The notes below the pieces were generated by a model that was not told the origin of the DNA, ran no database searches, and saw only the letters and a program-made list of their open reading frames with translations. From Leucoraja ocellata (Eukaryota), in the NCBI GenBank assembly GCA_036785375.1, contig JAWMAR010000722.1, positions 496,001-560,000 on the forward strand: a stretch of DNA of 64,000 bases. Direction: 5' to 3'. Positions 12,746 to 27,594 of the stretch are shown in pieces (the first letter of the stretch is position 1; the number at the start of each line of letters is the position of its first letter). The position numbers and the translations under genes were made by a program.

Positions 12746-15700
12746 CAAGAGCAAAAGCAAGTCAGAGGCTGGGTATTCTGCCAGAAGTGACTTACTCCAA
12801 ATACCCCTGAACCTTTCCACCACCTGCAAGTAGTGTGATGGTATAATTGGCTGGATTAGTGTAGCTCCAACATCCAGGATAAAGCAGTAACAAGAAACTG
12901 TAGATGCTAGTTTTTCTCAGAGAAAGGCATAAAGTGCTGGAGTAATTTAGCGGGTCAGGCAGCATCTCTGGAGAACATGGACAGGTGATGTTTCAGGTCA
13001 GGACCCTTCTTCAGACACTGAAAAACTCAATCTCACAATGTATGTAAGATCCAATTATCATTCCCATGCCTGTGATTCAACCTACTGAAAAGGAATAAAT
13101 CTGCAGATTGCAACATTTCTTTAGGGATTTTCCCAACCCCCCCCCTGTCAAGGTTACAGATGGAGAATGGGTGGAAGTTCTCCACTATCAGCACAATATC
13201 ACTATGTTACTCTCTTCCTTACCCTCTCCCCAACCTCTGATGAAGTTAAAACAACCTCCCAGGGGACAATACACATGTATAAATCACATATATTTATGTC
13301 GGCGGTCACAAAACCAGAAAAGGTCATGACAGTGGAGTGATTTTATAATGTTGAAAAGGATTTTGAAATCCAATCATGAACCGACGTAGGTTAGTGAGCA
13401 CAAGGATGAAGGATGAAGGAGATTTGCTGCGTTAGGTGGGTAGGGGTGGAGTTCCTGGTTGCAGAGAGTGAAGAGGTCCACAAGTAAAGCATTCAATTTA
13501 GAGGTATGGATGATGTGGGCGCGAGAACTCATTGAATTCAAACTCATTGAAGGCAGGTATGCATGAGCACTTAATTACAGTTAAATAATATCACCTATCC
13601 ATGACTACTTTCAATACAATCAATACCCTTCTGATTACGCTTAAATGCCCTCAAATGACTGCATAACGCTTATTCCAGTCGGTGCGACTATGTATAATAC
13701 AATCAAAAATAAAAATACTGCAGATGCTGGAAGTAAAATAAAGACGAAAATGCTGGAAATATACAGCAGGTCATGCCAGACAGGTCTTCCTGGTCAGCTA
13801 ACCCCCCCCCCCGATAATCCCCCCCGATAATCTAACCACTAACCTGAGACTGAAGCCTGGTTCCTCCACAGGCCTGCTCCTCTGGTATCTTTGGGCCTGA
13901 CCCATTGAGTTCCTCCAGCATTGTGTGTTTTGCTCAGGATTCCATCATCTGCTGTTTCTTCTGTTGAACAGATAATCTTGTTCACAATTTATATCCATGG
14001 TCATCCTAGATTTACCCTATCAGACAATCCCTCTTCCTCACCCATCCGCTAGCTTCCATCCTTATTTCAAACTCTTTGTCTTTTCATTTCTGGCCTTGGT
14101 CAAACTATCTACCTATCATACCCCCTCAACTATCACTCACCAGGCTTTGTCTTGCCCCTCCTCTATTCCAGTTTTCTCTTCCCCCCCCCCCCACCCCACC
14201 CCAAAACAATCATTCTGCCGATGAGTCCCCAACTTGAAATGTCACCTCTCTATTTTCTTCACTGCTGAGTTACTCCAGCACTTTGTGTCTTTTGTTGGTA
14301 AACCTGCATATTCAGTTCTTTGTGTCTTCAAGCTAACTTTGTCTCTATACACAAATTCTTCTGAGTACTATCAGTACTTTTTGCTTTACTTTGATATTTG
14401 TATGTCTTCCTTAATATTGTGTTTGTCTAGAATCAAGCGTTTTTATTTGTCATATGCATCGGATATGAATGGAAACAATTAAATTCTTACTCGCTGCAGC
14501 ATTGCAGGGTCATAAGTGCATCAACAATGGTAAATTATGCATTGGGCATCCATGTTTGTCTGTAAATGTTCCAATTAAAAGCCTTGGAAAGCTAAAGCCA
14601 CAATATAAATGCAATTAATTATTACTAGTGCTTTTGAGATCTTACATTGTCAAACATCTGCAGGACTCAGATAAGGTGAAATCACTTTTGTGGAAAACCT
14701 ATAAAGACAATTTTTTCCACCCATGCAGGAGAATGTTGGATGGGGTTGGAAATGAGACATAACAACCAAAATTGTTTAATGAATGTGAAAAATAAAACCA
14801 ATGAAGGAATTGATTCAGCATGTGATTAAAACATTAGGCATTAATGCCCCTTGACAGTCTATTTTTAAAAGGGGTTAGATAGCTGATCAGACTGTTTTTA
14901 ATTTGTTTGCATCACCACAATGCTGGAAAAAGTTAATGTATTTAATAACTGAATAAGGGCAACTAAAGCAAACATATTTACGTAGCAGCATTCAGTCGCG
15001 TGTCAACCTCTGATTTCAGTCATATTAATCATTTACATTTGAGTCTCCAGTCAGCGATATACTTAGTCGGACGCATGTTTAATAGAAGGAGTTTTAAGTC
15101 CTCAAAGGAAAGGTCCGTTGTTATTCATCTCACACTTTATCATTGTTAGTTGTGTTCAGTGTGGAAAGTGAACAGAAAAGCACAATGAGTGGAGAGTACA
15201 GATAGATACATTATTAAGCGAATACTTGCCATTGTTGCAGTGTTAATATCAGGAAAATCAGAGATGCAGAGAAATTGTGGCACTGTGTGCTTCCTTCCAT
15301 ATGTGCTGAATCAAAGGGCAATTAAGTGTCACAAGATGTATTTGTGGGTCTGTTTTCTTAAAGGGACAGTGTGATATGCATGTAAGTCATCTAAAATCTT
15401 TTTTTTTTCAAAATCCATTGACAATATATAAGCAAAATCGTAGAGGTTTACTTGTATGACAGCATGATTACTATTTAATGTAAACTCTTGATGCAAGCTT
15501 AATGTTTGAAGGAGTGTTTTAGAAGCAAACATACCAGATGAATAAACTGTCCAAAAAAATGGCAACATAAATAAACACATGGATGCAGAAAAAAAAATTG
15601 TTAGTTCCATATTTTAAAGTCAACATCTCTGCTTGCAAAAATAAAACTGAAGGTGGAACTCAGCCTGAAGAAGGGTCTCGACCCGAAACGACACCCATTC

Positions 15701-17148
15701 CTTCTCTCCAGAGATGCTACCTGTCCCGCTGAATTACTCCAGCTTTTTGTGTCTATGGTAGGAAGTGGAGTTGGTTTTGTAAATGGGTGAACTGCAGACG
15801 AGGTGGGGGTGGTGGAATGGAACAAAACTGGGTGACATGGTATAGGCTGGGAAAAGGGGCTTGAGGGAGGGAAGATTAGGAGAGATGTTTTCACTGGGAG
15901 CAGCATCATTATGTAACACATCAAACCCTAAAGCTTCCAATTTAAATTATAATAAACCTAGGCACAAGGTGGTCACTTCAATGCTTCATTGGTTCAATGG
16001 TGCTTATTTGTCACATATGCAACTACATAGCAAAATTCTTTTTGCATATATTACACATGCAGGCGCCGCCATCTTGTGGCACCATTTCCAAAGTGTGAAC
16101 GATATGTACTGTATGATGACTTAGTCTTCAATCTTATACTTGGTCAAGATGCACGTGGTGTGCTGGTGGTGGATTTCATTACCGAAAAATTAATAATATT
16201 GGTAGCTGAACATGTAAGCCGGTGGTATAATATTGCTGTGTCATTGTCTTCAACAATTGGGCTGCAAGATGAAGACAGGAGGGTATGGAACTGAGTACCT
16301 GGGACGCCAGATATCACCGTTGAGCCCTCTGGAAGCGTTGTGGGCTTATCAATGAAACGTCACAAAGGAGAGTGCCCACCTGATGACACTGCTGAAGTAC
16401 CTACCTTAACTTTCACCACTCCAATCCCACTGCCAATATCAAGAGTGCCGACTTACTAAAGCGATTGAAACATCAAGTCCTATTAGCTCTACTGCCCTTC
16501 TTTTAAAGAAAGAGGCTTGTTTATTTTAAAATGACCAATAGAGCTATCCATTAATATAACAACATTAGAAATTAGATCGACTCTTTGCTGCTGTACTGAA
16601 GGTTTTGTTTCAATATTGAGGAATAATCTTCTTTTGCATTGTGTTTACTAATAAACCAACACAAGATGCCCCTGACGTTTCTACATGCATTCCTTAGGTT
16701 AGAGTTTGGTTGAATACAGTTAGACCCATCAGCCAAGATCAAAGGACCACCCTTGTTTCTATCTTCATATAGAAGGGTATAAAATCATGCGGGGAATAGA
16801 TAGAGTGAATATATTTTACCCATGAAAGGGGAATCACGAACACGAGGCCATATGTTTCAGGTCAGTGAGATTTAAGACATACCTGAGGGGCAACTTTGTC
16901 ACTCAGAGGACAATGGGTGTATGGGACGTGCTGCCAAAGGAGGAAGTTGAGGCAGGTACTAAAATTGTATTTAAAAGGCACTTGGACGGGTGCATGGATA
17001 GGAAAGGTTTAGAGGGATATGGGCCAAATATGGGCAAATGGGAATAACTTAGATGGGCCATCCTGGTTGGCAGGACGAGATGGACTGAAGGACCCTGTTT
17101 CTCAGCAGTATGATTCTATGGCTCAATGATGGGAAAGGTTTGGAGGGA

Positions 17149-19200
17149 TAGAAACATAGAAATATAGAACATAGGTGCAGGGGTAGGGCATTCGGCCCTT
17201 CAAGCCTGACCGCCATTCAATATGATCATGGCTGATCATCCAACTCAGTATCCCGTACCTGCCTTCTCTCCATACCCCCTGATCCCTCTAGCCACAAGGG
17301 CCACATCCAACTCCCTCTTAAATATAGCCAATGAACTGGCCTCAACTACCTTCTGTGGCAGAGAGTTTCAGAGATTCACCCTCTCTGCGTGAAAAATGTT
17401 CTTCTCATCTCGGTTATAAAGGATTTCCCCTCTATCCTTAAGCTGTGACCCCTTGTCCTGGACTTCCCCAACATCGGGAACATCTTCCTGCATCTAGCCT
17501 GTCCAATCCCTTAAGAATTTTGTAAGTTTCTATGATCCCCCCTCATTCTCCTAAATTCTATCGAGAACAATCCGAGTCTATCCAGTCTTTCTTCATAAGA
17601 AAGTCCTGACATCCCAGGTATCAATCTGGTGAACCTTCTCTGCACTCCCTCTATGGTAATAATGTCCTTCCTCAGATTTGGAGACCAAAACTGTACGCAA
17701 TACTCCAGGTGTGGTCTCACCAAGACCCTGTACAACTGCAGCAGAACCTCCCTGTTCCTTTACTCAAATTCTTTTGCTATGAATGCCAACATTCCATTCG
17801 CTTTCTTTACTGCCTGCTGCACCTGCATGCCTACTTTCATTGACTGGTGTACCATGACACCCAGGTCTCATTGCATCTCCCCTTTTCCTAATCAGCCACC
17901 ATTTAGATAATAGTCTGCTTTCCTGTTTTTGCCACCGTGGATAACCTCACATGTATCCACATTATACTGCATTTGCCATGCATTTGCCCACTCATCCAGC
18001 CTATCCAAGTCACCTTGCAGCCTCCTAGCATCCTCCTCACAGCTAACACTGCCCCCCAGCTTCTTGTCATCTGCAAACTTGGAGATATTGCATTCAATTC
18101 CCTCGTCCAAATCATTAATATATATTGTAAATAGCTGGGGTCCCAGCACTAAGCCTTGCGGTACCCCACTAGTCACTGCCTGCCATTCTGAAAAGGACCC
18201 GTTTACTACTACTCTTTGCTTCCTGTTTGCCAGCCAGTTCTCTATCCACATCAATACTGAACCCCCAATACCGTGTGCTTTAAGTTTGTATACTAATCTC
18301 TTATGTGGGACCTTGTCGAAAGCCTTCTGAAAGTCCAGATATAACACATCCACTGGTTCTCCCCTATCCACTCTACTAGTTACATCCTCGAAAAATTCTA
18401 TAAGATTCGTCAGACATGATTTACCCTTCATAAATCCATGCTGACTTTGTCCAATGATTTCACCACTTTCCAAATGTGCTGCTATCCCATCTTTAATAAC
18501 TGACTAGCAGTTTCCTCACTACCGATGTTAGACTAACCGGTCTGTAATTCCCCGTTTTCTCTCTCCCTCCCTTTTTAAAAAGTGGGGTTACATTAGCTAC
18601 CTTCCAATCCTCAGGAACTACTCCAGAATCAAAAGAGTTTTGAAAAATTATCACTAATGCATCCCCCATTTCTGGAGCTACTTCCTTACGTACTCTGGGA
18701 TGCAGCCTATTTGGCCCTGGGGCTTTATCGGCCTTTAATCCATTCGATTTACCTAACACCACTTCCCGGCTAACCTGGATTTCACTCAGTTCCCCCATCT
18801 CATTTGATCCGCGGTCCCCTGCCATTCCCGGCAGATTATTTATGTCTTCCTTGGTGAAGCCGGAACCAAAGTAGTTATTCAATTGGTCCACCATGTCCTT
18901 GATCCCCATGATCAATTCACCTGTTTCTGACTGCACATATCTATAAAAACATTTGCAGTCAGTTTTTATGTTCCCTGCCCGTTTTCTTTCATAATCTATT
19001 TTCCCTTTCCTAATTAAGGCCTTTGTCCTCCTCTGCTGGTCTCTAAATTTCTCCCAGTCCTCTGGTAGGCTGCTTTTTCTGGCTAATTTGTACGCTTCAT
19101 CTTTTGCTTTGATACTATCCCTGATTTCCCTTGTTATCCACGAATGCACTACCTTCCCTGATTTATTATTTTGCCAAACTGGGATGAACAATTTGGATAG
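17149..19200 (-). mobile_element. 5'-truncated CR1 LINE (ORF2 RT, several frameshifts)
   Basis: ORFs 18493-19398, 17892-18473 and 17511-17735 encode [61 protein letters not shown]; (ATAGAAAC)n tail at 17149. Confidence 0.95.
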
Positions 19201-20599
19201 TTTATAAACAGTGATAAATGGGACTAGCATGTTAAGGCATCTTGCTGAGCATTGATCAGTTGGGGCCCTGTTTCCTTGCTCTATGACTCTATAAGTTATA
19301 GAGTTATAAGGTGCAGAAGTGGTTCCTTCAGCCCAACTTGCCCATGCCGGCAAACATGTCCCATTTACTCTGGTCCCACTTGCCCACATTTGGCCCATAT
19401 CCTTTTAAACCTATTGTATCCATATACTGTCCAAATGTGTTTATACATTGTGATAGTACTCACCTCAACTACGTCTGGTAGCTTGTTCCAAAAACTTACC
19501 ACCATTTATGAAAAAAAATTGCCCTTCTGGTTCATATTAAATCTTTCCCCCCTCACCTTTAACCAAAGGCCTATCGTTTTTAATTCCCCACTCTGGATAA
19601 AAGACTCTGTGCATTTATCCTATCTGCTCCTCTCATGTTCTTATGACCCCTATAAGATCACCTCTCACCCTCTTACGCTCCAAGGAATAAAGTCGTAGCC
19701 TGCCCAACCACTCCCTATAGCTCAGGCTCTTGAGTCCTGGCAACATCCTGGCAAATCTTCTCTGCATGCTTTCCAGCTTGACGACATCTTTCATATAACG
19801 CTAACACCTTTCCTAAAAAACATATTTTCTGTAATGTAGCACAAACTATATATTAGCATCAGCAAATGTACAAACTTCATACTGCTTCTGAAGTCAGAAT
19901 CAAACCTGGATCTCTGATGCTGTGAGACAGCAGCTGTATCCTCATAAGATCATGTTATCGGAGCAGAATTAGGCCATTCGGCCCATTAATTCTACTCCGC
20001 TATTCAATCATGGCTGATCTATCTATTTTTCCCTCTCAACCCCATTCTCCTGCCTTCTCGCCATCACCCCTGACACCCATACTAATCAAGAATCTATCAA
20101 TCTCTGCATTAAAAATATCCATTGGCTTGAACAATGAATCCCACAGATTCACCACCCTCTGACTATCATGCACCACTGTCATTCATGAGAAGGTTGAGTA
20201 GCTGCTCAGCTTAGCCGTATTCAATTCACTGGCAGATCAGGCCTGTGAGAGCCAAATGTCTGATCTTTCTGTCCTAAAATCCAGTCAACGAAGCAGTGGC
20301 AAGGAGCCATGCTGCATATTGGGAAGGTTTATTCTTTCAAATGAAAGCTAAATCTGTGTCTAGATTGAAGCCAACAATATCTGAAAAGGATAATTTTTCA
20401 AGTCCTTTCAATGATCTTCTGAACGGAGTGGGTTACATAGGACTTGGCTGGATTTTTTAATTCCCGAATTACCACGGGTTTTAACCCCGCGGTGGCTTCG
20501 TAGCTTTGATTCAGCTCAAGGGCGCACACTTTATGAGACGTAGTCAAGTGAGACAGGAGATATTTTACTTTTCCACCATGGTTCACACCTTCACACTGA

Positions 20600-20873
20600 G
20601 GCGGCATGGTGGTGCAGGGCCAGAGATCCGGGTTCGACCCTGACTACGGGTGCTGTCGGTCCGGAGTTATTGTACATTCTCCCTGTGACCACGTGGGTTT
20701 CCTCCAGGTGCTTCAGTTTCCTCCCACACACCAAAGACGCACACGTTTGTAGATGAATTGGCTTCAGTAAATTGTCCCCAGTGTGTGGTATAGTGTTAGT
20801 GTACAGCGATCGCTGGTCGCCGTGGACTGAAGGGCCTGTTTCCGCACTGTATCCCTAAACTAAACTAAATTAA
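20600..20873 (+). mobile_element. HE1-like V-SINE
   Basis: ggcggcatggtggtgcag...gggttcgaccctgactacggg head, V-domain, (taaac)n tail. Confidence 0.8.
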
Positions 20874-22859
20874 GTCTGAGGAAGGGTCTCGACCTGAAAT
20901 GTCACCCATTCCTTCTCCCAGAGATGCTGCCTGTCCCGCTAAGTTACTCCAGCTTTTTGTGCCTATCTTAAATTAGTCCTTTAATACTTTTTGCAAACAT
21001 TCCCGACGCATAATTTTAATTTCAAGTTCTCAATCTTTCCCCTTGCCCCTGAATGAATAAGCATTGCTAACATTAATATTTCCCTTGACCCTCTCCACGA
21101 GGAGGAATGTTCTTCCGCAACATATATTTAGTGCGCGAAGGTCATTGCAGAAAGGTAAACATCATTAACTCTGCAGAACGCAGTCTGGTTTCCTGTCACC
21201 AGGGCTCTTTTGACTACCAGTAATTTCCATATGTTGCATTGCTGAAAGTGTTTGAGGGGGGGGGGATACAGTTAGGACCAATTATCCTATCAGCCACAAT
21301 TTTATTGACTAGCATAGCAGGCTTCAAGGGCCATATCCCATTCCTGTTCCTTATGTATTCATATCAACAATTGGAAGGTGATATCAGTTTTTATGACGTC
21401 ACTTTAAGGTGTGTACTGCATCTACGAAAAATCTTCATATTGAAGGAACCTAATTTAAAGTCTGAGTGAAAAAAAGAAATCTTATCAGGGACTGCGTACA
21501 AAATCATGAGAGGAATAGATCGGGTAAATGCACAGTCTCTTGCCCAGAGTAGGAGAATCGAGAACTGGAGTGTAAAGGGGGGAAGATTTTATAGGAACCT
21601 GACGGCTAACTTTTTTAAACAAAGGGTGGTGGGTCTGTGGAAAGAGTGCCGGTGGAGGTAGTTGAGGCAGGTACTATCATTTAGACAGATACATGGATAG
21701 GATAAGTTTCGAAGGGCATGGGCCAAACACAGGCAAGTGGGACATGCAGATGGGACATGATGGTCGGTGTAGGCAAATTGGACTGAAGGGTCTGTTTCCA
21801 TGCTGTATGGCTATAATTCTATGCCTATATTAAACCTATACCATAAATTGGTGCTTAAGTAGTTCATACTGCAGGTGGGAGGTTGAAATATAATAGAAAA
21901 CAGTGTTACAGTCTTAAGCACACATTTCAGCTGGAAGTATGGAATTAGTGTACTATATAATTTAATCTTATGGTGAAATTCTTACCAGTACAGCAGAGGG
22001 CATTCTTTCCATGCTGCAGCAGCGTAGGACAAGCTTAACTTTGCATCCAGCTTGTGTTATACCAGAGGTCAATTTATGAAATCTTCTCCCTGGGGACGTG
22101 TGGGCAATTCAGATGCACTGCTTCCACGCTTTGCTATCTGCTGACATGGCTGAGTGGGAGTATTCTCAATCCACTGCTGGAGTGAAACGCCTCAATAGCT
22201 CCAAGATTGCTGAAAATTGCTTCCCATTCAAATCTTCCCCAATTTAAATTTGGAAAAGTTTAAATTAAAAAACTAAATGGCTTAACGCGGGCAATCCTTC
22301 TGTTCCACAGCACACGTAATGCTTCATATAATTACAGTATATCAGTTTAATAACATCCAAGACAAAGCAGCCTGCTTGATTGGCACTCTGCCATTGCCCA
22401 CAACTCACACTTGCTCCATCACTTGTGCACAGTAGCTACAGTACGCACCATCCATACGATTTCCTGCAGTTAATGGCCTAAACCAACAAAAGCTCCTAAA
22501 GCCCTAACTACCCCGGCACCAGGGTGAAGAGCTTCCAGTCTTAAATTGAACCATATTCATATTATTTTGTCTCTAAGTTTAACTCCTGCAAATCCCTGCC
22601 AGTCGCCATTTTCAGAACACTTCCTCCAAAAGCGTAATAGCGCTTAGCTCATCTCCACCTTCTCAAGGCCAATTGGGGATAAGCAATAAATGCTTGTCTG
22701 GCCAGAGATGCACACGTCTGGTAAAATGAATAAGAAGGGTCCTGACCTGAAACGTTACCTATCCCAGTCTGAATAAAAGTCCTGATCTGAAATGCCACTT
22801 ATCCATGTTCTCTCCAGGATTGCTGCCTGACCCGCTGAGTTACTTTGGTATTTTGTGTA

Positions 22860-23110
22860 AATTAGAGAAATTACCCAGCGGTATGAACATTGACTTCTCC
22901 AATTTCAGATGGTCCTTGCTTTCTACTTCCTTCCCCTCCCCTTCCCAGCTCTCCCACAACCTACTGTCTCCGCCTCTTTCTTTCTTTTTCCTGTCACCCT
23001 CCCCCCTGACATCAGTCTGAAGAAGGGTCTCGACCCGAAACATCGCCTATTCCTTCTCTCCATAGATGATGCCTCACCTGCTTTATTCCCCCAGCATTTT
23101 TGTCTATGTT
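22860..23110 (+). mobile_element. Penelope-like 3' end with hammerhead core at 23017-23044
   Basis: PSGMNIDFSNF GIY-YIG terminus, pyrimidine tract, then CTGAAGA-AGGGTCTCGACCC-GAAA-C-ATC. Confidence 0.75.
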
Positions 23111-24546
23111 GGATTTTTCTGTAATGTTTTTTTAAGTTCAGTCTAGAAATACTGTATGGAAACAGGACCTTCAGGCCACTGGGTCCATGCCAACGACCAA
23201 TTGGTTCTATCCAACACTAGGGACAATTTACAATTTACAGAAGGCAATTAACCTACAAACCTCGACGTCTTTGGGATGTGGGAGGAAACCGGAGCAACCG
23301 AAAACAACCCATGTGGTCACAGGGAGAAAATACCAATTACATACAGAGAACACCCATAGTTAGAATTGAATCTGTGTGTCTGGCGCTGTAAGGCAGCAAC
23401 TCTACCCCTGCGCCACTGTGCCGCCCATAATGGTTGAATGGTTCACATTGCCAAGGAATGGCCAAACTAAACATTACTATTATTGTTACACTGATGTGAT
23501 ATATTTCAGCTAAACCCAGATTCCAGGAGAGAGCCATAGAGTCAAACAGCATGGAAACAGGCCCTTCGACCCAATTTACCCACACCGACCAACGTGTCCC
23601 ATCTACACTAGTCCCACTTGCCTGTGTTTGGCCCATAACTCTCTAAACCTGTCATATTCATGTACCTGACTAGTTGTTTCTTAAACATTGCAATTGTCCC
23701 TGCCTCAGTTACTTGCTCGCAGCTCATTCCATACACCCACCACTCTTTGTGTGAAAAGGTTACCCCTCAGATTCCTATTAAATCTTTCCCCCTTCACCTT
23801 AAGCCTATGCCCTCTGGTTCTCGATTCCTCTACTCTGCACAGGGATTTAAATTTGACTGCTGACAGTGGTGAATGTTAAACAGATGCATATTATACACAT
23901 AAGTGCAAATGCATTCATCCTTAATATACTTAATGACAATGGAGTGGGAGAAGGGAGCGCTGTACTCCTGTTGACTGCACTTTACATGTGCCAATTCCCA
24001 AATTGATTAAAGAACGCACATTGCTTAGTACTGCTGATGTAGAAAATAATATATTTATGTTCACTGCCATCCGCTTCCTTTGACTGAGGCCTTGTACAGA
24101 ATTACTGTGCTCAGTGCATTACTAATACAAGGATGGGTGCACACAATTATTACAGATAGATTATTGGCGATGGAATGCTTAGCAGGCGTTTGCTGAAGGT
24201 AAGTGAATCACTGCATCAAGGCAGGAATTAAATAAAGTCCTAGCATCATTAGGTCGATGTGATGGCTGAAGATCCACAGGGATGCTCAATTGTCCAGATC
24301 GCTTTTAGATTGTCTCTCATCAATACTGATAATACTGGCGAATGATGGCTCCCGTTGGCTGCTTCTCAGCGGTGGTGATCTGGCCTCTGTGTCAGAACGT
24401 TTTGTATTCAAGACCCTTCCAGAGAACTGTTCTCCACGTGGACGCATCACTGGAGCGTTGATGAGGTCAGTAGTTTAAGAAAATCTGCCTTTCAAATTAA
24501 CTCTCCCTCAACCCAATAAAACATTCTTCTGATTGTCATCTATGCT

Positions 24547-25170
24547 GGGCGGCACAGTAACACAGCATGTAGAACTGCAACCTCACAGTGCCAGACATCT
24601 GGGTTTGATCCTGACCTTCATAAGTTCATAAGTCATAGGAGCAGAATTAGGCCATTCAGCCCATCAAGTCTACTCCACTATTCAATAATGGCAGATCTAT
24701 CTTTCCCTCTCAACCACATTCTCGCCTTCTTCCCATAACCCCTGACACACTTACTAATCAAGAATCTATATAAATACCCAATGACTTGGCTTCCACAGCC
24801 ATCTGTGGCAATGAATTACACAGATTCACTACCCTCTGACTATAGAAATTTGTCCTCATCTCCTTTCTAAAGATATGTCCTTTTCCTCTGAGTATGCCTT
24901 ATGACCCTAGACTCTCCCACTTGTGGAAACATCCTCTCAGCATCCACTATCCAGGCCGTTGGGTGCTGTCTGTGTGAAGTTTGCACGTTCTTCCTGGGTC
25001 CACGTGGGATTGCAACCAGCTGTCTCTCACATCCCAAAGATGTGCATGTTTGTAGGTTAATTGGTCTCTGCACCATTGCTCCCTGGTGTGCAGGAAGTGA
25101 ATTGGTAATTGATGGTTGGTGTGACTTGGTGGGCCAAGTGCCCTGTTTCCATGCTGTATCTCTAAATTAA
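24547..25170 (+). mobile_element. V-SINE split by a minus-strand CR1 3' fragment (about 24620-24958)
   Basis: SINE head stops at gatcctgacctt (about 24618) and resumes at gggtgctgtctgtgtg (24961) after the CR1 segment. Confidence 0.7.
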
Positions 25171-26154
25171 ATAATATTGCTGGTTGTGGGAACACTCCAT
25201 TTCCCAACACTATATTTAATGTGCAATTAACTGTATTGTGCAATTCATGTTTCTGTCTGTTTTCTGGACAGACATTGACTTACAAGTACAGTTCTCACCA
25301 AAGAGGCTTCCTCCGAGTCCAGAGAGATCATTTAGCTTGTAACGAGCACACATTATATGTTAGACTAAGCTGAAAGGTCACCAGGGTGTATTTAGGGAGA
25401 GCTCTGGAGAAAAAATGAAGCAATCCAGAAGGAGCAAGGCAAATTAGACCCTGGTGAAGGAAGGTATGCAACATGGTCTGACTTTACTTCAATTAGCAGA
25501 ACGTCATAAAGCCCAGGTGAACCCTAATTACCTGGGTTTTAATTTTCCAATTCCTGGCTTGCACTTTGTTCAGCACAAAGTGCCATATAATATCGGATCA
25601 CAATTCTGGATTTCTTCAAAGCTAAGTACTTCCACTGCCAGGTCTATGATTGTTTCCTGAAATGCACTGTGATTACCCTTTCAATGTACACAATTAGCTG
25701 CAAGAAGCTTTTCTGACATCCTGAGATTGTGAAAGATGAGCATAAACGCAATACCTTTTTAATGGGTGAATGATAAACTCACCTGTAGCCATCTTTCTTA
25801 CTGTTACTGAACCGTTTCTATCTGTGAATATGTTGCATACCACCATACAAAGATCTGTTCCAGGCGATTCCAAAATTATTGACTCTAACAAATATAAGGG
25901 ACTAAGGAAGATCCACCTCAAACTTCTTGGCCTCAAAAATGTATCATCAAGCTTTTTCTGCCCCATGATAACAAGTAACGCATAATCAGGTCTGGATTTT
26001 GCAGGGACCCAACCTCTGTATATTGGGGTCAAGTAAGGGTGTGCTTCTGCACCTACCACCCTTCTGAATCTTTTTCACTGCAAGGCTACACCTCGTTTTC
26101 AGTGAGCTCCCTGTCACGAGAGACTAATATACATAATAAAAGAGAAGGTTACAT

Positions 26155-26742
26155 TTTCGACCCGCCTGGAAAGCCCATTTTGCCTGCTGCGGACCGGGGG
26201 CCCGCCCAGAAGAGGCGAGAGTTGGTGAAGGTGGTCGAGAGGTGCAAGGCTGATCATCTCTTCACGGCAGAAGGCCTGGCTCACCTGCCCGTAGAGGAGG
26301 AAGTCGGATGGAGGGCCGCTCAGCAGACCGGCTGTGGGAGCCAGTGCAGTGCCACGACGGTGGAGTGGGCCGCTGGACATCCTGCAACAGCCAGGGGCTT
26401 GGCTGGACGAGGCCTAGCTCGTGGGCCGGACGTGGCCTGCAGTGGTGGAGGGCACCATGGCTACGCTTGGCCAGGCCAACTCTACAATGCTGACAAGACA
26501 CCAGGCCTTCATGGACAGGCCAAGAACCCTGCACATACAACTGGGACTTGAAAATGGCCCCAAAACTGGCAACTCTGTACACTGTCTCAGCGTACAGTGA
26601 TACACTTGTAGTGTATCAGAGATGCTTATCTAAGAGGTATCTAAGTGTTCATGTACAGTGATACTTGTACTGAACTGTATACAAAAAAAATCACTGTACC
26701 TCTGTACATGTGACAATAAAGTACCATTAAACCATTGAACCA
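26155..26742 (+). mobile_element. GC-rich non-autonomous retroposon with a Rex1-like 3' tail
   Basis: GC-rich body ending in tcactgtacctctgtacatgtgacaataaagtaccattaaaccattgaacc, inserted within the RTE relic. Confidence 0.6.
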
Positions 26743-27360
26743 AGATCATAACAATTTTATTCCTCAGGTTGTAGCATGCAAGTGTCGCTTATATTTGTTC
26801 ATAATTGGAGGCCAAGCTCCAAACCATTGCTGATTCCTTCACCAAAGCTTGTGAGAGGATAGGCTTTACAATCAGCATTCAATAGATAAAGGCCCTTGAC
26901 CAATCTGACTCCATGGCACGAGGCCACTCCACAATATTGAAGATTCATGACGAGATCCTGATTAATTGGGACAAGTTCGCAGATTTTGGCATTTGTCCTT
27001 CTTATGTCATGGAGGACAACCACTGTTGACAAAACCCACTACAGGAATTGTTATCCGTTGCCTGAGGAAAAGAGTATTTGAAGATTTTTGTCTAGTCTTA
27101 TATTCTATTCCATATATATAATGTTCTGTACCATGGGTGCCGGAATAAGGACAGATAGGTCACTGGAAAGCTGGAAGATCCATCCATTTGCCTTGATTAT
27201 TATAACCTCTATCCCAATGTCAACCAGAAGAATTACAGCAAGATGATCATCAGAGGGCACCATTGAGTTGGCACAACTATTGCAATTTTGACCCTGGGGA
27301 AATTCAGCGCTGGAGAAAGCTTGATACAAACCTGAAGGAAAAAAATAGTATGTAGATAGT

Positions 27361-27594
27361 ATAGAAACATAGAAAATAGGTGCAGGAGTAGGCCATTCGG
27401 CCCTTCGAGCCTGCACCGCCATTCAATATGATCATGACTGATCATCCAACTCAGTATCCTGTACCTGCCTCCTTCCCATACCCCCTGATCCCTTTAGCCA
27501 CAAGGGCCACATCTAACTCCCTCTTAAATATAGCCAATGAACTGGCCTCAACTACCTTCTGTGGCAGAGAATTCCAGAGATTCACCACTCTCTG
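27361..27594 (-). mobile_element. Young CR1 3' end fragment
   Basis: Near identical to 39637-39885; encodes RVVNLWNSLPQ...GYGKEAGTGY. Confidence 0.9.

Noticed and set aside
24156-24204. Possible small exon ending AAG|GTAAGT (similar donor at 50307)
   Set aside because: No convincing polypyrimidine acceptor; compatible with chance.
25694-26059. 121-aa minus-strand ORF containing a CAG|GTGAGT donor; considered as host exon or viral relic
   Set aside because: The opposite strand carries RTE reverse-transcriptase motifs, so the ORF is an antisense shadow.
26039-26551. 170-aa ORF
   Set aside because: Crosses an RTE relic and a GC-rich repeat; no recognisable domain.
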